Origin: Oscillospiraceae bacterium
GTDB lineage: Bacteria; Bacillota; Clostridia; Oscillospirales; CAG-272
DNA length: 64,000 nt
Direction of reading: 5' to 3'
NCBI GenBank assembly: GCA_015063725.1
Contig: SVTP01000003.1
Location: 23,194 to 87,193 of the forward strand
The position numbers and the translations under genes were made by a program. The notes beneath the pieces are model-generated. The model worked only from the letters and a program-made list of their open reading frames with translations, was not told the origin of the DNA and did no database searches. This document shows, piece by piece, positions 8,908 to 18,506 of the stretch. Within the stretch, counting starts at the first letter, position 1, and each line of letters opens with the position of its first letter.

Positions 8908-10137
8908 TCAAAGGATAATATGTACGGGCAGACCGTTTTCGTATTTGCATTTCACCTCTCCCTGAATGAGCGGGAGCAGATAGCGGCAACATTCGTCGGT
9001 AACATGGTTGCCCTCGGCATTGATGAATGCATCGTCAACGTAACGAATCTTGTTGGCAATCTCGGAGACATCTTTGTGCCAAAATTCAATACTATAATTT
9101 TCACACGGCAGACGCTCCATCGTCATCATTTGTCTTGTAATGCCCTCTTCGGCGGTAAAAACTGCAGCTTCACCAAGCATAACAGACTCCATCAAATCGG
9201 TTTTTGACGCCAGATGTGCGGCACAGCGTTGGGGCAAATTGAGCTCGATAGAACGAACCTTGCAGCCGATTTCGGCTTTGATAGCAAGCTCAAGTGCCTT
9301 GCCAGTGCCTGCAAGATATGCGTGACCAAAAGCGTCTTTTACACCTGTTTGTGTTCCCTCACCAACGTAGTGACCGTCGGCAAAGCGAATGCCCTCGGAG
9401 ACGGCAACAACCACGTTGGGGTGCTTTGCAAGAGCGGCACGAACATCCGAGAAGAATGTTTGCATATCAAATACTCTCTCGGGCAGATAAACAAGATCGG
9501 GCTCAATGCCATTGACAACTCTGCCGATGGCAGAAGCCGCTGTCAGCCAACCTGCATCACGCCCCATAATCTCGATAATGGTTACGGCAGGCACCCGATA
9601 TACCGCGCAGTCGCGGATAATTTCCTGTGTTGTGACTGCGATATACTTTGCGGCAGAACCAAAGCCTGGGGTGTGATCGGTTCCGACAAGGTCATTGTCG
9701 ATGGTTTTCGGCACACCGAGAATGATCATTTCATAGTCATGCGCGCGTGTGTATTCCGAGAGCTTTGCAACGGTATCCATCGAATCGTTGCCGCCGATGT
9801 AGAAGAAATAGCGGATGTTGTATTTTTGAAAGATGGAGATCAGATTCTCATAAAAAGCATCATCTTCGCCCATTTTGGGTAGCTTTTTGCGACAAGAGCC
9901 AAGAACTGCCGCAGGAGTGTTGACCAACAGCTCGAGCTTCTTTTCCCCATCAAAATAAGCAGAGAGATCGATCAGATCCTCTTTCATCAGTCCTTCAACG
10001 CCGTTACGCATACCGTAAAGGGTTTGTATGCAAGTGCTTTTTTTAGCACCGCGGATCACGCCTGCAAGTGTCGCATTGATTGCGGCAGTCGGTCCGCCGC
10101 TTTGTCCCACTACTGCATTGCCGAAAAGTTGTTTCAT
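8908..10137 (-). CDS. 6-phosphofructokinase family enzyme (possibly PPi-dependent)
   Basis: MKQLFGNAVVGQSGGPTAAINA..., YIGGNDSMDT and PKTIDNDL. I chose the ATG at 10137. The ORF-track start at 10440 adds about 100 non-homologous residues that run into the sigK promoter region. Confidence 0.85.
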   Translation of the reverse strand: MKQLFGNAVVGQSGGPTAAINATLAGVIRGAKKSTCIQTLYGMRNGVEGLMKEDLIDLSAYFDGEKKLELLVNTPAAVLGSCRKKLPKMGEDDAFYENLISIFQKYNIRYFFYIGGNDSMDTVAKLSEYTRAHDYEMIILGVPKTIDNDLVGTDHTPGFGSAAKYIAVTTQEIIRDCAVYRVPAVTIIEIMGRDAGWLTAASAIGRVVNGIEPDLVYLPERVFDMQTFFSDVRAALAKHPNVVVAVSEGIRFADGHYVGEGTQTGVKDAFGHAYLAGTGKALELAIKAEIGCKVRSIELNLPQRCAAHLASKTDLMESVMLGEAAVFTAEEGITRQMMTMERLPCENYSIEFWHKDVSEIANKIRYVDDAFINAEGNHVTDECCRYLLPLIQGEVKCKYENGLPVHIIL

Positions 10138-10275
10138 AATCAACCGTCTCCGTTCTTCAAATCTGCATTTAGTATACCACACAAGCGCGCGTGTGTCAAC
10201 AAGAAAAGGGGCGTACAAGCAAAAAAATTCCGCCGCCGCATATATTAGAGCAGAACAAAATCGGAGGTAAAATTT

Positions 10276-10956
10276 ATGTTCGCAACACTTTTTTCTTACA
10301 TCACACGCGTACTGCATCTCATTCTTGGCATCAACACACCGCAAAACTTTCCCCCTACTCTTTCTGACGAGGAAGAGCGCGCCTGCTTTTTGGCGGCAGA
10401 ATCGGGCGACGAGGATGCACGGCAAAAGCTGATCTTGCACAATCTGCGCCTTGTCTCACACATCGTTCGCAAATACTATTCGGGTGCAAAATCGCAAGAG
10501 GATTTGGTTTCGATCGGTACGATCGGACTGATCAAGGCGGTGGATTCCTTTAACATTCACCTTGGCGCAAAGTTCGCCACCTATGCTGCAAAGTGTATTC
10601 AAAACGAAATTTTGATGTATTTTCGTTCGCAAAAGAAGCTTGCATCTGAAATTTCCATCAATGAAACCATTGATGTGGACCGCGACGGCAATCCCTTGAC
10701 CTACATAGACGTGGTTTGCTGTGACGAGGATATTGCCGAGGAGATCGACCGCAAGATCACCACCGAAAAAATGCTTGTGTTTGTAGAAAAGCTGCTCTCT
10801 CCGCGCGAGAGACAAATCATTATGATGCGCTACGGTCTTGGCGGCATCAAGGCACAAACACAAAGAGAGATTGCACAGTCTCTTGGCATTTCGCGCTCCT
10901 ATGTTTCGCGCATTGAGAAAGCCGCACTCGTTACCTTGCGCGATGCGCTGAAATAA
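10276..10956 (+). CDS. sigK: sporulation sigma factor, SigK-like (uninterrupted)
   Basis: 226 aa with a short hydrophobic pro-sequence, then FPPTLSDEEE, HNLRLVSHIV, SIGTIGLIKA, ATYAAKCIQNEILM and GISRSYVSRIEKAAL. The gene stands alone, with no spoIIGA or sigG neighbours, which favours sigK over sigE. Confidence 0.75.
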   Translation: MFATLFSYITRVLHLILGINTPQNFPPTLSDEEERACFLAAESGDEDARQKLILHNLRLVSHIVRKYYSGAKSQEDLVSIGTIGLIKAVDSFNIHLGAKFATYAAKCIQNEILMYFRSQKKLASEISINETIDVDRDGNPLTYIDVVCCDEDIAEEIDRKITTEKMLVFVEKLLSPRERQIIMMRYGLGGIKAQTQREIAQSLGISRSYVSRIEKAALVTLRDALK

Positions 10957-10962
10957 AAAAAT

Positions 10963-10983
10963 CCCCACAGAGGTACTGTGGGG
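10963..10983. terminator. bidirectional terminator hairpin between convergent sigK and the MBL gene
   Basis: CCCCACAG-aggta-CTGTGGGG, flanked by an A-run on one side and a T-run on the other. Confidence 0.6.
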
Positions 10984-10992
10984 ATAACTGTT

Positions 10993-12036
10993 TTAATTGA
11001 ATTTTCCCTCGTAATAGAGGTATGTAGGAAGATAAGAAATATCGCTTTTTGCCGCCGTGGGATTGGTATTGGCATCGGGGTTCATCTGCGTGGTAAAGGT
11101 CAAGGTTTTGCCATCGGTGCTCTTACACACAATATGTCCTTGCATATCGGTGCGGTACAGTTTGACGTCTGCATCGCGATAACGGGAAAGAACCGTCTCG
11201 TGAGGGTGCCCGTACTCATTGTTTCTGCCACAGGTGATAACACCGTAGGTAGGTTGAACCGCACGCAGGAATTGATACCAGCTGGAAGAATAACTGCCAT
11301 GGTGACCGACTTTAATGACGTCTGCCTTGAGGTTGACACCCGTTTTGACAAGTTCCAATTCAGCTTCTCCCTCCATATCTCCCGTAAAGAGGAATGCAAG
11401 GTCGCCGTATTCAACGCGCAAGACGATAGATGTGTTATTGATGTCCTCATAGTCAGTGCGCAAAGGACCAAGGACGGTGACTCTTGCCGAGCCAAGAGTG
11501 AACTGATGCCCAATTTCGGGAACGATCACGCGGTTTCGCATAGTGTAAGTTACGTAATTGATGAACTTATTAAAACCGCTGACGTCGGTTACAGCAAAGG
11601 GAGAATAGACGGTATCAACCGTTACGTGGCGCAAAACGCTTGTAAATGCGCCGTAGTGGTCGGAGTGTGGGTGCGTTGCAACAACGTAAGACAAGTGACT
11701 GATATTGTGCTCTGCAAGATAGTCGATGATAATATCGTCATCGTCGGGATTGCCTGCATCAATCAGCATTGCCTGTCCGTCGCAAATAATAAGCATGCAG
11801 TCCGCTTGTCCCACATCAATAAAGTGCGCTTCAAAATAAGAGCCATCAACAACCGGTGGAAGTTCAACCTCTTGCTTTGGAGTCGTTTCGAGTGTTGCCC
11901 CTTCGGTGGTCGTTTGGGAATTCTCCTCGGAAGTGCCACCTCCCAATCCCTTTACGAACTCGGGGAGCTGACAAGAAGAAAACGTGACCAAGAGGAGCAG
12001 AACGGCAAGAAGCGCCGCTAAAATACGCATTTTCAT
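10993..12036 (-). CDS. MBL-fold metallo-hydrolase lipoprotein (ComEC C-terminal-domain-like)
   Basis: Lipoprotein signal MKMRILAALLAVLLLLVTFSSC, followed by DVGQADC, THPHSDHYG and GHHGS motifs. Confidence 0.75.
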   Translation of the reverse strand: MKMRILAALLAVLLLLVTFSSCQLPEFVKGLGGGTSEENSQTTTEGATLETTPKQEVELPPVVDGSYFEAHFIDVGQADCMLIICDGQAMLIDAGNPDDDDIIIDYLAEHNISHLSYVVATHPHSDHYGAFTSVLRHVTVDTVYSPFAVTDVSGFNKFINYVTYTMRNRVIVPEIGHQFTLGSARVTVLGPLRTDYEDINNTSIVLRVEYGDLAFLFTGDMEGEAELELVKTGVNLKADVIKVGHHGSYSSSWYQFLRAVQPTYGVITCGRNNEYGHPHETVLSRYRDADVKLYRTDMQGHIVCKSTDGKTLTFTTQMNPDANTNPTAAKSDISYLPTYLYYEGKFN

Positions 12037-12060
12037 AAGATACTTCCCTTTCTTTTGGTA

Positions 12061-13644
12061 TTACGAGCCGAACTCTACGAGCTCCAGCCCCTCGTTATTA
12101 TCCAACGTGTGGCGGATGTGCCACTCGCTGTTAAAGAGCAAAAAGTCATTACCGCGGAAGTCCTGCACCCATTTAACGTCAAACAAATGCAGCTTTTTGG
12201 GATCTGCACCGTTTGCAATACGGCGGATATATTGGTAGGGTTGCGAATATTGACGATAAGTAACGCCATATTCCGCTTTCATACGGGATTCGAGCACGTC
12301 ATATTGCAGCATACCGACAACACCGACGTACACGCGCTCCAAACCGCCGCCCGGCTCAATAAAGATCTGAATAGCACCTTCTTGTGCGATCTGGTTCATG
12401 CCCTTGGCAAACTGTTTACGCTTCATGCTATCGATCTGCTCGACCATTGCAAAGCATTCGGGAGCAAATGTGGGAATGCCCTCAAACTGCACCTTTTGAC
12501 CTTTTTCGCAAACGGTGTCACCGATGGAAAAGATACCGGGATCGAATACGCCAATGATATCACCTGCATAGGCTTCCTCAATGATGGAACGCTCCTGTGC
12601 CATCATTTGTTGGGGCTGCGAAAGGCGGAGCGTCTTGTCGCCCTGCACGTGGAAATATTCTTTGTCCGATTCAAATTTGCCCGAAACGATGCGCATAAAG
12701 GCAATGCGGTCGCGGTGCGCCTTGTTCATGTTGGCTTGAATTTTGAAAACGAATGCCGAGAAGGTCTCCTCAAAGGGTTGAACCTCGCTCTCTCCTGCCT
12801 TACGTGCAAGCGGCGCTGTGGTCATTTTGAGGAAGTGCTCAAGGAAGAACTCGACACCAAAGTTGTTGAGCGCCGAGCCAAAGAACACGGGGCTGAGCTT
12901 GCCGCAACGCACGGCATCAATATCAAAATCAAAGCACGCACCGTCAAGGAGCTCTACCTGTTCAACGAGCTCTTCGCGAGCGTAAGAGCCGATCAGCTCG
13001 TCCATACGTGCAGTATCGGTAATATCGCAAGGGATAGATGCGAGACGGTCACGTCCGCGGTGAGAGTCGCCAAAGGCAAGAATTCTGCGCCCGTCGCGAT
13101 CATAAACGCCCTTAAAGCCAACGCCGCAGCCGATGGGCCAGTTCATGGGGTAAGTACCGATGCCAAACTCTTTTTCCAGCTCGTCGATCAGGTCAAAGGG
13201 GTCGCGCGCCTCGTGGTCGAGCTTGTTGATAAAGGTGAAGATCGGAATATGGCGCATCGCGCAAACCTTGAAGAGCTTACGTGTTTGCGGCTCGATACCC
13301 TTTGCGGCATCAATGACCATAACGGCACTGTCCGCAGCCATCAGGGTGCGGTAGGTGTCCTCGGAGAAGTCTTGGTGTCCGGGGGTGTCAAGGATGTTGA
13401 TGCAGTATCCCTCGTATTCAAATTGCATAACCGACGAGGTAATGGAAATACCTCTTTTCTTCTCCATTTCCATCCAGTCGGAAACGGCGTGACGGTCAGA
13501 TGCCTTGCCCTTGACCGAGCCTGCCGTTTGAATAGCACCGCCGTAAAGCAAGAACTTTTCGGTCAGCGTAGTCTTACCGGCGTCGGGGTGCGAAATGATG
13601 GCAAAGGTGCGTCGGCGATTGATTTCTTGTTGCAATTTACTCAT
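12061..13644 (-). CDS. prfC: peptide chain release factor 3
   Basis: MSKLQQEINRRRTFAIISHPDAGKTTLTEK...DWMEMEKKRGISITSS...LDTPGHQDF. I chose the ATG at 13644. Confidence 0.9.
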   Translation of the reverse strand: MSKLQQEINRRRTFAIISHPDAGKTTLTEKFLLYGGAIQTAGSVKGKASDRHAVSDWMEMEKKRGISITSSVMQFEYEGYCINILDTPGHQDFSEDTYRTLMAADSAVMVIDAAKGIEPQTRKLFKVCAMRHIPIFTFINKLDHEARDPFDLIDELEKEFGIGTYPMNWPIGCGVGFKGVYDRDGRRILAFGDSHRGRDRLASIPCDITDTARMDELIGSYAREELVEQVELLDGACFDFDIDAVRCGKLSPVFFGSALNNFGVEFFLEHFLKMTTAPLARKAGESEVQPFEETFSAFVFKIQANMNKAHRDRIAFMRIVSGKFESDKEYFHVQGDKTLRLSQPQQMMAQERSIIEEAYAGDIIGVFDPGIFSIGDTVCEKGQKVQFEGIPTFAPECFAMVEQIDSMKRKQFAKGMNQIAQEGAIQIFIEPGGGLERVYVGVVGMLQYDVLESRMKAEYGVTYRQYSQPYQYIRRIANGADPKKLHLFDVKWVQDFRGNDFLLFNSEWHIRHTLDNNEGLELVEFGS

Positions 13645-13732
13645 TGTTGTGTAAAACCTCATTGTAAAATCGTGATAACTATATTATTATAGCATACGAG
13701 GTAGAAAATTACAAGAGCTTTTTTCAAGTCTT

Positions 13733-13765
13733 GCAAAAAAGTTGGGCGGCAGGTTTCTGCCGCCC
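13733..13765 (-). terminator. rho-independent terminator after the MutS-like gene
   Basis: The minus-strand RNA reads GGGCGGCAG-aaac-CUGCCGCCC followed by AACUUUUUUG. Confidence 0.7.
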
Positions 13766-13781
13766 TATGGTTTGCTCTTTT

Positions 13782-15284
13782 TTATAGCAATCCGTATTTT
13801 TTTGCAATTCCTTGTGCGTAGCTGTTTGCCTCGGCTTTTCCCTTTTGAATGAAATAAACGCGGTTTTCCCCGTTGATGGTGGCGTGAAGATAGTCCACAC
13901 GCGCACCGCACTCGGCAATTTTAGGCTCGCTTTCGCAAAGCTGATGATAGTGCGTAACAAAAATGCACTTGGCACCGATCTCACAAAGCTCCGCAATAAA
14001 GTTAGCGGCAATTGGAAGAGCTGCTGAGGATGAGGTTGAGGTAAATGCTTCATCGATCATCACAAGGCTGTTTGCGGTAGCTGTTTGCAGGATTTTGGAA
14101 AGCGTGATGCACTCCTGCTCAAACCGTCCAGCCGAGTTGGATGCCTTTTGTTTTTCGACAGACACCTTATAGATCGCATCGCAAATGGGCATCGTCGCCG
14201 ACTTTGCGGGAATCGGCATACCAAGCTGAAAATAGTATTGCGCCGCTCCCACAGAATTGAGAAACACCGTTTTGCCGCCACTGTTCGGTCCCGAAACGAT
14301 ATAGGTACATACGACACTTTCCAATCGAACGGTGTTGGGCACGATCTCTTTCTTTTCCTTTACGCGGCAAAGCGTGTCGTCATAGAGGGAAACAAAATCA
14401 AAGGTGCGGTCGGTGCTGATCTCGGGAAAGCACAGAGGGATGTGCTTGTCCTGAAAAAGCTTGATGCGAGCAATGGCACTTGCAACAAAGGCAAGCGAGG
14501 ATTGCCACTTGATGTAGTTCAGTATCTTCTTGCGCGCATAACCAAGCAGGCGGCTTCCGCAATGATGCAGTCCACTGTCCACTGCGCTCCCCAATGCCTT
14601 GAGGACGGCATAGTTGATTTGCTGATTTTCCTGAAAGGTGAGCTTTTTATCGATCGTAGTCAAGGGGGCGATGCAATGAAAATCGTCCTTTGCAAAATCC
14701 AGACGTAAAATGCGATCAAGGAGATCTCCCGATTTGAATTCCTCGTCATGAAGCGCAAGGATCCCTGCCTCTTTGGGCATAAACGTGGTATTGAGATTGA
14801 CACCGATCGTAATGCTTCGAATATAGTTGAGCTTGCCCGCGTTCTTTTCATAATAAGCTTTGATGCTTTGGTATTCCTTTGATGCAAAGTCCTCTTTTGC
14901 AAGCTCGTATAAGCATTTGACCGCTTCCGACCTCACCCCACCCATAATGGGAGAGAGTGAGGTATAAATAAAATCAACCAAATTGGTGTAGACCATAGGA
15001 AATAGAATATTGCGTACGTGTTCTTCCCTGTTTTTTGCTTTGATGTGATAGGTCACAAGAGGCTCGTACTCGGTCAGCTTTTCGGAAAGCGCACACAAAA
15101 AGCCCGAAAGAGCTTCACTCTTGAGAACGTCTGCAAAAAGTGCCTGACGGTGCAAAATAGTGTCTTTATCGACAGAAATATACTTTTTTGCGGTATCAAA
15201 AAAGCCGTCTTTTCTGACAAGCTCTTCCCTTGCATCAAAATCAAGAATGCCCGATTCCTCTTTGTTCAAGTACATAAAATCCAT
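13782..15284 (-). CDS. MutS-family ATPase (core + domain V only, no mismatch-binding or nuclease domain)
   Basis: Walker A GPNSGGKT, Walker B LVMIDEAFTSTS and the FVTHYHQL motif. I chose the ATG at 15284, preceded by a GGAGG RBS (MDFMYLNKEE...). Confidence 0.75.
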   Translation of the reverse strand: MDFMYLNKEESGILDFDAREELVRKDGFFDTAKKYISVDKDTILHRQALFADVLKSEALSGFLCALSEKLTEYEPLVTYHIKAKNREEHVRNILFPMVYTNLVDFIYTSLSPIMGGVRSEAVKCLYELAKEDFASKEYQSIKAYYEKNAGKLNYIRSITIGVNLNTTFMPKEAGILALHDEEFKSGDLLDRILRLDFAKDDFHCIAPLTTIDKKLTFQENQQINYAVLKALGSAVDSGLHHCGSRLLGYARKKILNYIKWQSSLAFVASAIARIKLFQDKHIPLCFPEISTDRTFDFVSLYDDTLCRVKEKKEIVPNTVRLESVVCTYIVSGPNSGGKTVFLNSVGAAQYYFQLGMPIPAKSATMPICDAIYKVSVEKQKASNSAGRFEQECITLSKILQTATANSLVMIDEAFTSTSSSAALPIAANFIAELCEIGAKCIFVTHYHQLCESEPKIAECGARVDYLHATINGENRVYFIQKGKAEANSYAQGIAKKYGLL

Positions 15285-15634
15285 AATACCTCCAAAAAAT
15301 GACCAAACGGAATTCCCAAAATTTTGAGGATAATGATAACCGCCACATGAAAAACGATGTATGCTTTTGGGGAGATGCTGCACTGTTTCCAAATGTCGTA
15401 GATCATATACACAAATAAACCGTACAGCATCAGATTTGGAAGAACGATATAGCCGAAAAAGACTTTGTTACGAATGGAAAACAGAGCCAACAGCTCTATC
15501 CAAAAAGGCAGCAAGGTGCGAAAAAGAAGGCGTTTTGAAATGGTGATGTGATACGTCTCTCCCAGCTGCAAAAACTCTGCATACATAACATGCTCCCCTT
15601 TTCTAACCGTCAGCTTTTTTGTATGCCAAGCCAT
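15266..15634 (-). CDS. small membrane protein, unknown function
   Basis: 122 aa starting at MAWHTKKL, with an AGGAGG RBS. It has 2-3 hydrophobic helices. Its 3' end overlaps the MutS-like start by 19 nt. Confidence 0.5.
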   Translation of the reverse strand: MAWHTKKLTVRKGEHVMYAEFLQLGETYHITISKRLLFRTLLPFWIELLALFSIRNKVFFGYIVLPNLMLYGLFVYMIYDIWKQCSISPKAYIVFHVAVIIILKILGIPFGHFLEVLWILCT

Positions 15635-15739
15635 AGTGCTCCTCCTTTCCAAGTGTGCTGCAAAAAATTCTGATCATATTCTACTACAATTGGCGGTTGA
15701 CTTCAATAACCGCGTGGTTGATGGAAAACAAACAGAAAT

Positions 15740-15958
15740 TTATTCACCAAAAAAGTCGTCCACCTTGCAGCCGATAGTGTCGGCAAGAATGGGCAATAAC
15801 GTAATATCAGGATAGCACTCCTCGCGTTCCCATTTGGAGATGGCTTGGGCGCTGATGTCCAAAAGCTCAGCGACCTGCGCTTGCGTCAGCCTCTCTCGGG
15901 TGCGAAACTCTTTGATTTTTTGTGAAACGATAACTTTTCTCATCCGTAATGTCCTCAT
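15740..15958 (-). CDS. XRE-family HTH transcriptional regulator
   Basis: LTQAQVAELLDISAQAISKWERE is a Cro/C1-type HTH. An alternative start at 15943 (MRKV) is possible. Confidence 0.75.
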   Translation of the reverse strand: MRTLRMRKVIVSQKIKEFRTRERLTQAQVAELLDISAQAISKWEREECYPDITLLPILADTIGCKVDDFFGE

Positions 15959-16166
15959 AAAACTCGTATAACTGTTTTTTAATATAGCATCCCCGTTTTT
16001 CTCTTTGATAGCCCTGCAAGTTTGTTTGATTGCAGATAAGTTGCCACTATCAGGTGATCCACCTAACTTATAACAAAAAAAGCAACAAAACGTGACAACG
16101 TTTTTGCTGCTTTTTTATTTTTTGTTTATTTGCATAAATCAGCGCGGCGTTTTTTGTCGCTTTTGC

Positions 16167-16943
16167 TTACTTCACACTCCTGCAAAGTGCAATCAATTCC
16201 TCAAGACTTGCACTTTGGGTGATGACCTGATAGATGTATTCGCCATCGCTCCAAATGATCGAGATTCCTGCAAAAGTCGTGTGTTGAATGAGGGTTCCCT
16301 CTTTGCCGCCAATATCGATTGTATCAAGCGTAATCCCCTCATTATCGATATACATATCGCTCTCCGAGTGGATCATTTGGGTAAACGTGTATGCAAGCAC
16401 CTCATCTTTGTAATAATCAATGCACACGTAAACCTTGTTTTGAATAATGACATCTTCGATGATGTTATCGGCAAGATTGGTCGGTTTTCTGACCTCTTTG
16501 ATGGTCGTGGGCGGAGTGATTACGGGAACCTCTATGGGTGGTGTTTCGGTATTACCCGTTGTTGTGTTCTGCGCTTCGCCGTTTGCGTTGACAGTATCTT
16601 TATTGGCATTCTCGTAGTGCAGAGTGATGTAGTTTTCGTGCCACTCGACAATCACTTCAAACACCGCTTTGCGCATAGGAGAGACCGCCATAATAGTGGT
16701 AAATCCTAGAGACATGATGATCATAAGAACCATAGCCGCCCCAAGCAAGCCCTTTTTGAGCACGCGCGCGGTGGGACCGTTTTTGTGCTTTTGCACGATG
16801 CGCGCTTTTTTGCGGTGAAAGCCCTTGTCGAGCATTACACTTGAGGCATCTAACCGATTGAGCAGCTCCACGTCATTGTTGCCGCAATCTTTTCCTGCCA
16901 GGGCAAGCATCATATCAAGTTTATCAAGCATTCCTGCATCCAT
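16167..16943 (-). CDS. single-pass membrane protein, anti-sigma-factor-like (DUF4367-type C-terminus)
   Basis: 258 aa with one TM segment (LLGAAMVLMIIMSLGFTTIMAV). It overlaps the upstream sigma gene by 20 nt, the typical sigma/anti-sigma pairing. Confidence 0.55.
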   Translation of the reverse strand: MDAGMLDKLDMMLALAGKDCGNNDVELLNRLDASSVMLDKGFHRKKARIVQKHKNGPTARVLKKGLLGAAMVLMIIMSLGFTTIMAVSPMRKAVFEVIVEWHENYITLHYENANKDTVNANGEAQNTTTGNTETPPIEVPVITPPTTIKEVRKPTNLADNIIEDVIIQNKVYVCIDYYKDEVLAYTFTQMIHSESDMYIDNEGITLDTIDIGGKEGTLIQHTTFAGISIIWSDGEYIYQVITQSASLEELIALCRSVK

Positions 16944-17511
16944 ACAACGTATCTCCTCCCAATTCTAAAATTTTTGCACGCGCACGCGAATATCTTTTGC
17001 GCACAAGCTCCACCGAAATGTTCATCATATACGCAATTTCTTCGTTTGTAAACTGCATACTTTTAAGCACAATGACGTCTCGGTACTTGGAATCGAGCTT
17101 GTCTATCAGTTGCTTGATATACCGGTAGTTGTACTCGCTCAAAACGATCTTTTCAACGTCCTCACTTGTGTCGGGAATTTCCATAGTCAAAGCTTCGTCG
17201 TCATCATCGTAAACAGTGGTGGAAACCTCCGCTTTGTTTTTTCGTTTATTCTCATTGTACTTGTTGATGGCGACGTTTCGGCAAGCGATTACAATCAACT
17301 TTTTTAAATAGTTTTGATGCTGCGCTTGCTTGAAGCGTTCTATTTTGTCAATGATCTTTACAACCGTTTCCTGAACGCAATCCTCGGCATCGTGATGATT
17401 TTTTAAAATATCGTATGCGATCAAATACATTTTTTCGGAGTAGAGATGGTAGATCTCCTCTACAAATGCCCTATCCTTGCTATCTTCTATACTCATGATT
17501 ATGGCGAGCAT
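16924..17511 (-). CDS. sigma-70 family (ECF-like) RNA polymerase sigma factor
   Basis: Region 2 (DAEDCVQETVVKI) and a region 4 HTH (FTNEEIAYMMNISVELVRKRYSRA). Confidence 0.75.
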   Translation of the reverse strand: MLAIIMSIEDSKDRAFVEEIYHLYSEKMYLIAYDILKNHHDAEDCVQETVVKIIDKIERFKQAQHQNYLKKLIVIACRNVAINKYNENKRKNKAEVSTTVYDDDDEALTMEIPDTSEDVEKIVLSEYNYRYIKQLIDKLDSKYRDVIVLKSMQFTNEEIAYMMNISVELVRKRYSRARAKILELGGDTLYGCRNA

Positions 17512-17624
17512 GTCAGAATCACCGCCCTTTCCCTTTTATTATACCGTTTTGCGCAAAAAATGTCAACATGTATGCCCAAAGTGAGTTCTCAACCAATGGT
17601 TGAAATCAAAAAGCAGACAAAAAA

Positions 17625-17654
17625 CCGAGAGAATCTTGCATAAGATACTCTCGG
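17625..17654. terminator. terminator hairpin
   Basis: CCGAGAG...CTCTCGG with flanking A and T runs, downstream of the 17708 stop. Confidence 0.5.
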
Positions 17655-17707
17655 TTTTTATATCAGCAGTAGCGCACATCTATTTTTTTATCTAACCCCC
17701 GTCACCG

Positions 17708-18340
17708 CTATATAACAGAGCAAAAATCATTTCCAACAGTGACAAAAGCGTCATTTTCGCCCGAAAGCAAGCGGCAATAGTGAGCAATCTTTTGGGTCAG
17801 CTCCTCGTGTGTCAATTTTAAGAGATTGGTTTTTCTGTTTGAAATAGCAATCCACAAGAGATATTTTATTTGATTGGCGATCCATTCGGGAACCGTTGTG
17901 GGCTTTGTAAATTCTTCGCGTTTGCCGCCATAGCACTTTATGATCGACTGCCAAGTGTAGGCGTTTTCCCCTTTCAAGAATTTCTCGGGCATTCTTTCAC
18001 CATTGTGTGATAAAAAATCTCCGGCAATGGCAAGAATTGAGAGTTGTGACGCGGTAAGCATATCTTTTGAAATGCGATAAAAGGATTGATAACAAGCAAA
18101 ACCTTGACCTGAAAGCACTTCTATCAGCTGATCCATTTCTTCGTTGTTGTATCTCTCACTCGGCGCCGCGCGCAGTCTCGAAAGAGCAAGAGAAACAAAA
18201 ATGCTACTGATGTCAAGCTTGTCTTTTATCTGTTCGGTAGCGGATAAATACAGTTCATCGAGTTTTTTCTCAAAAACCTCTTGCGAAAGCTCACCCGCAC
18301 GATAGTGGGTGAGTAGTTCCAAAAGCATTTGTTTTATCAT
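17708..18340 (-). CDS. hypothetical protein (no recognisable domain)
   Basis: A 210-aa ORF with helical, non-repetitive composition, its own terminator and lower GC than its neighbours. Confidence 0.5.
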   Translation of the reverse strand: MIKQMLLELLTHYRAGELSQEVFEKKLDELYLSATEQIKDKLDISSIFVSLALSRLRAAPSERYNNEEMDQLIEVLSGQGFACYQSFYRISKDMLTASQLSILAIAGDFLSHNGERMPEKFLKGENAYTWQSIIKCYGGKREEFTKPTTVPEWIANQIKYLLWIAISNRKTNLLKLTHEELTQKIAHYCRLLSGENDAFVTVGNDFCSVI

Positions 18341-18473
18341 AATGATTCTTCCTTTTCAAGATTCTGCCAAAAGTCAAGTAAATGATTTTATAAAAATTAT
18401 ATCAAATTGATTTGCAGATTACAACCGCTTTTTGCAATTTACTTACTTTCAGACAATGAAATCGAATTTTCAG

Positions 18474-18500
18474 ATAAAAAAGAGCCCTTCGCAGGGCTCT
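18474..18500 (-). terminator. rho-independent terminator closing the Leu-T-box operon
   Basis: The minus-strand RNA reads AGAGCCCU-gcga-AGGGCUCU followed by UUUUUAUCUG, directly after the 18507 stop. Confidence 0.7.
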
Positions 18501-18506
18501 TGTGTT

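Noticed and set aside
10276-10956. Possibility that sigK is interrupted by a skin-like element or is actually sigE
   Set aside because: The ORF is full length (regions 2-4 present). It has no spoIIGA or sigG neighbours. It also carries the SigK-like FPPxLS and SRSYVSRIEK signatures.
12055-13692. 545-aa plus-strand ORF
   Set aside because: It mirrors prfC, a long stop-free antisense frame typical of genes that are GC-rich at the third codon position. It contains no motifs.
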